Assembly: GCA_038893995.1 (NCBI GenBank)
Contig: JAWAQK010000069.1
Coordinates: 1 to 10,174, forward strand
Length of the DNA stretch: 10,174 nucleotides
From: Candidatus Thorarchaeota archaeon
Lineage (GTDB): Archaea > Asgardarchaeota > Thorarchaeia > Thorarchaeales > Thorarchaeaceae
Direction: 5' to 3'
Part shown: positions 7,324-10,174 of the stretch, piece by piece
Position numbering within the stretch: position 1 is the stretch's first letter
Layout of the letters: each line of letters opens with the position of its first letter
Notes under the pieces: model-generated
What the model saw: only the letters and a program-made list of their open reading frames with translations
Databases searched by the model: none
Told to the model about the DNA's origin: nothing
Program-made: the position numbers and the translations under genes

Positions 7324-8018
7324 TGCTGACTTCCCCCTTGAGATGTTTCGGGGTCAGATAGACTGCAGAGCCACCTTCTCAGCTCGTCAATCCCATCCAT
7401 CGTGACGCAGCTAGTTTCAAAGTAGTAAGATATGCCAGCACCCTGCCTCAGTGCGTCGACCAGTCGTGGGTCCGCTTCAAATGGCAGATCAGTCTTCGTC
7501 CGTACCAGTACGTACGTTGGCCTGCTACTCTGCTGGAGTTGAGAACGTTGTGTTTCCAGTATCGAGATCCAGTGCCGTAGATCGATGAGGGACTGCGTGT
7601 TGTTGCTGGCAAACACCAACATCACCACGTCCGCCTGTCCGACAGCAAGTGGAACTGCGTCTCGGAGAGGGTGTATCGGCGAGTCAAGTTGCCCCGACAT
7701 GTCAACAAACTGGAGCACAACGAGTGGGCTCTGCGGTCCGTCGCCGGGGACCCGCAGTGTCTGAAGGTCAAGGAAGAGAGTCCTACGATACTGAGCCCAA
7801 TCCTGGATCTTGGAGAGTTCTTGCAGCTCGCCTCTCAGGGCGGCGACTAGCGTGGTCTTCCCCACGGCGCCCGACCCAACGATCACTATCTTCCTCACTC
7901 GCCCAGGCTTTCTCACTGTGTACTGCCGAGTGGACTCCCCGTCGGAGATAGGGCTCACTCCCTCTAAGTTATGTGCGATCATCAAATCACCGTGGTCCCA
8001 GACGGTCGATGACCCCAT
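7320..8018 (-). CDS. Ras-superfamily small GTPase (divergent, Rab-like motifs)
   Basis: KIVIVGSGAVGKTT (G1), YRRT (G2), DMSGQ (G3), TKTD (G4), YFETSC (G5); ADVVMLVF strand. Confidence 0.9.
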   Translation of the reverse strand: MGSSTVWDHGDLMIAHNLEGVSPISDGESTRQYTVRKPGRVRKIVIVGSGAVGKTTLVAALRGELQELSKIQDWAQYRRTLFLDLQTLRVPGDGPQSPLVVLQFVDMSGQLDSPIHPLRDAVPLAVGQADVVMLVFASNNTQSLIDLRHWISILETQRSQLQQSSRPTYVLVRTKTDLPFEADPRLVDALRQGAGISYYFETSCVTMDGIDELRRWLCSLSDPETSQGGSQQ

Positions 8019-8037
8019 GATATTCTAGTAAATTACA

Positions 8038-8054
8038 CTTATAATTGTTTGTCT
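8038..8054 (-). promoter_or_regulatory. Putative BRE/TATA promoter of the GTPase operon (leaderless)
   Basis: Minus strand reads GACAAACA-ATTATAAG; TATA-like box 8045-8038 lies 20-27 nt upstream of ATG 8018 in a sharply AT-rich patch. Confidence 0.6.
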
Positions 8055-8195
8055 TTCATACCGAGGAAGTGCCTCCACGCGGAGCGCCGTCCATCGATGC
8101 TTGTTCACCATGTGTGCCAGTCTGCGAACCTCGATAACCTTCTTATGCGGCACGAGGTCAACCAACGCACGCCTGATTGAAGCAGAGGTGGACTT

Positions 8196-9545
8196 GTGAA
8201 GACAAAGATTGTCGTAGTGGGCATGGGATATGTCGGCATTCCTGCTGCCGCTCTCCTGGCTGATGTCGATGGATACGATGTGACTGGACTACAGCGGAGG
8301 TCAAGGCGCTCGGGATGGAAGATAGACGTACTGAACAGCGGAAGGTCGCCGTTTGAGGGCGAGGAGCCAGGCCTCGATGAGTTGATCTCAAGAGTGGTCA
8401 AGAAGGGCACCTTCAGGGTGACAGATGATGTGAGAGTGCTTGGCGATGCGGACATAGTCCTGATCGACGTACAGACTCCCACTGACGCACAGAACATGCC
8501 TCAATACCACTCTCTCAGAGAGGCCTGCGTCCAGATAGGGAAACACATCAAGCCTGGGACACTGGTGGTAGTGGAGTCCACTGTTGCACCCGGAACAACT
8601 CAGAATGTCGTCCAGAAGATAATAGAGAGAGAGTCAGGGTTGAAGGGCGGAACTGACTTCGATCTGGCATTCTCCTATGAACGGGTCATGCCGGGAAAGC
8701 TGATTGAATACATAGTCAATATGCCCCGAGTCGTGGGAGGAATCACTGAGAGGAGTACTCAACGTGCCGTAGAGATGTACTCGAAGATCGTCAAGAGAGA
8801 GATACACGTGACCGATACGCTCACGGCTGAGCTCGCAAAGACGATAGAGAACGCGTATCGTGACGTCAACATCGCCTTTGCCAACGAGATGGCCCTTGTC
8901 TGCGAGAGTCTTGGCGTCGACATATACGAGATCATTCGCATTGTCAATGCTCGCCACGACCGTCATATGCACATGCCTGGAGCAGGTGTGGGGGGACACT
9001 GTCTTCCCAAAGACCCGTGGCTACTCAGATATGGTCTCTATGAATACGGTTCCTACAAGATAGAGCCTGAGATGATAGCTCTTGCACGAAGGATAAACAA
9101 TCACATGCCGATCCACCTGACCAATCTCGTCGAGAATGCACTCGCAGTCAGGGGAGTTGAACCCCACGACGCAACGGTCGTCATACTTGGGCTTGCCTAC
9201 CTCGAGAACTCTGACGACACTAGGAACACACCAGCCGCAGTCGTAGAGAACGCTCTGAGAGGCAAGGGAATGAACGTACGCCTGCACGATCCCTATGTGA
9301 AGGAGTGGGAGTTCAGCAATGGCAGGATCGAGCGTGACCTCTACGAGGCTGCAAGAGACTCAGACTGCCTTGTCATAGTGACCAGACACAGGGAGTACTT
9401 CTCCATCGACCTCCCAAGACTGAGGGGCCTGATGCGAACACCGGTCATTGTCGATGGTCGGAATGTCCTCGATAGAGAAAAGGCCGAGAGTAACGGATTC
9501 GAATACAGGGCTATCGGCAAGGCAGGCATGAGATACCCTGGCTGA
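8196..9545 (+). CDS. Nucleotide-sugar dehydrogenase (UDP-N-acetyl-D-mannosamine/glucosamine 6-dehydrogenase family, WecC/WbpA-like)
   Basis: GMGYVG, ESTVAPGTT, ERVMPG, KTIENAYRDVNIAFANE, PGAGVGGHCLPKDP (catalytic Cys), DTRNTP, DGRN. GTG start with SD GAGGTG at 8185-8190. Exact substrate unresolved, so no symbol. Confidence 0.93.
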   Translation: MKTKIVVVGMGYVGIPAAALLADVDGYDVTGLQRRSRRSGWKIDVLNSGRSPFEGEEPGLDELISRVVKKGTFRVTDDVRVLGDADIVLIDVQTPTDAQNMPQYHSLREACVQIGKHIKPGTLVVVESTVAPGTTQNVVQKIIERESGLKGGTDFDLAFSYERVMPGKLIEYIVNMPRVVGGITERSTQRAVEMYSKIVKREIHVTDTLTAELAKTIENAYRDVNIAFANEMALVCESLGVDIYEIIRIVNARHDRHMHMPGAGVGGHCLPKDPWLLRYGLYEYGSYKIEPEMIALARRINNHMPIHLTNLVENALAVRGVEPHDATVVILGLAYLENSDDTRNTPAAVVENALRGKGMNVRLHDPYVKEWEFSNGRIERDLYEAARDSDCLVIVTRHREYFSIDLPRLRGLMRTPVIVDGRNVLDREKAESNGFEYRAIGKAGMRYPG

Positions 9546-9712
9546 ATCGAGACAGCACCATTACATCCCTCAAGACAGCAGGCCATGCGGGGTCAATGCA
9601 ACGACCAGGCCTGACACCTCTGGCCAGTCAAGTGGCTTCAGCCTACCCCTCTCACCGAGACCTGTCCATGGGACCATAGTCTGGGTCACCCTGAAAGACC
9701 TTCACACCTGGT

Positions 9713-10174
9713 CCTTCAATCCCCTCAATCTGGGATCTGCTTCTGCAACCAACACAGGGAGGAAAGACACCACTGAATCAGATGAACTCTTTCAATCCCC
9801 TCAATCTGGGATCTGCTTCTGCAACAATTTATGAGATTGCGGTCTATGAGAGCGACTTCATCTTGTTTCAATCCCCTCAATCTGGGATCTGCTTCTGCAA
9901 CGCGCTCAAGGTTGATTTTCCTGTCTTTATATCAATAAAGGTTTCAATCCCCTCAATCTGGGATCTGCTTCTGCAACAATTGCCTGATAGACTGCTGTTG
10001 AAAACGTCCCCTCAAGACGTTTCAATCCCCTCAATCTGGGATCTGCTTCTGCAACGATGATCTCAAGGGCCTGAGAAAAGACCTCCTCGCTGACAGTTTC
10101 AATCCCCTCAATCTGGGGTCTGCTTCTGCAACAATGTATTTCCCGCCCTCCTTATCGCCTCATCGCAATAAGTT
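9713..10174 (-). CRISPR. CRISPR array, trailer end; 6 full 37-bp repeats, 6 spacers (39,39,39,41,40,39 nt), continues past window edge
   Basis: Repeat GTTTCAATCCCCTCAATCTGGGATCTGCTTCTGCAAC at 9713, 9789, 9865, 9941, 10019, 10096; GTT at 10172 fits the start of a seventh. Reverse complement ends ATTGAAAC and the leftmost copies are degenerate, so transcription is probably on the minus strand. Confidence 0.97.

Noticed and set aside
8001-8018. MGSSTV as an Arf-like N-myristoylation signal
   Set aside because: Position 6 is Val rather than Ser/Thr, and archaea are not known to N-myristoylate.
2688-9586. Other antisense or alternate-frame ORFs (e.g. 3095..3601, 4032..4478, 4546..5091, 6340..6849, 8105..8497, 8634..8999)
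   Set aside because: Lie over well-supported genes and lack recognisable motifs; expected at this GC content.
9782-10060. 92-aa ORF with repeated VSIPSIWDLLLQ
   Set aside because: Translation through CRISPR repeats.
9902-10095. Short (9-11 nt) matches of spacers 3-5 to the window or repeat, and shared CTCAAG
   Set aside because: Too short for self-targeting; expected by chance in 10 kb.
9713-10132. Similarity of the repeat's GTTGCAGAA start to Cas12f/Cas14-type repeats
   Set aside because: GTTGCA starts are common; the ATTGAAAC end and hairpin fit Cas6-processed class 1 arrays, and no effector gene is visible.
9826-10135. Three of six spacers begin with AAT on the + strand
   Set aside because: Sample too small to claim an acquisition bias.

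Overview
Archaeal-looking window: GAGGTG/GGAGGTG Shine-Dalgarno sites, BRE/TATA-like boxes about 25 nt before start codons, and a Ras-superfamily small GTPase. An Asgard archaeon, possibly Thorarchaeia, is my inference. Left to right: a truncated ParA/MinD-type ATPase missed by the ORF track (minus, runs off the left edge) behind a coiled-coil membrane protein; an NDP-sugar epimerase; a Cys-rich 4Fe-4S protein; a small secreted DxDxDG protein; a tandem Lrp/AsnC-like regulator; a tightly coupled minus-strand operon (divergent small GTPase -> putative Zn-finger/longin-like/wHTH protein -> wHTH-SAM methyltransferase); a UDP-N-acetylhexosamine dehydrogenase; and the trailer end of a CRISPR array (37-bp repeats, 6 spacers, no cas genes in the window). 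The best candidate for an undescribed system is the GTPase operon, followed by the ATPase/membrane-protein pair. All domain calls are by eye; no searches were run.
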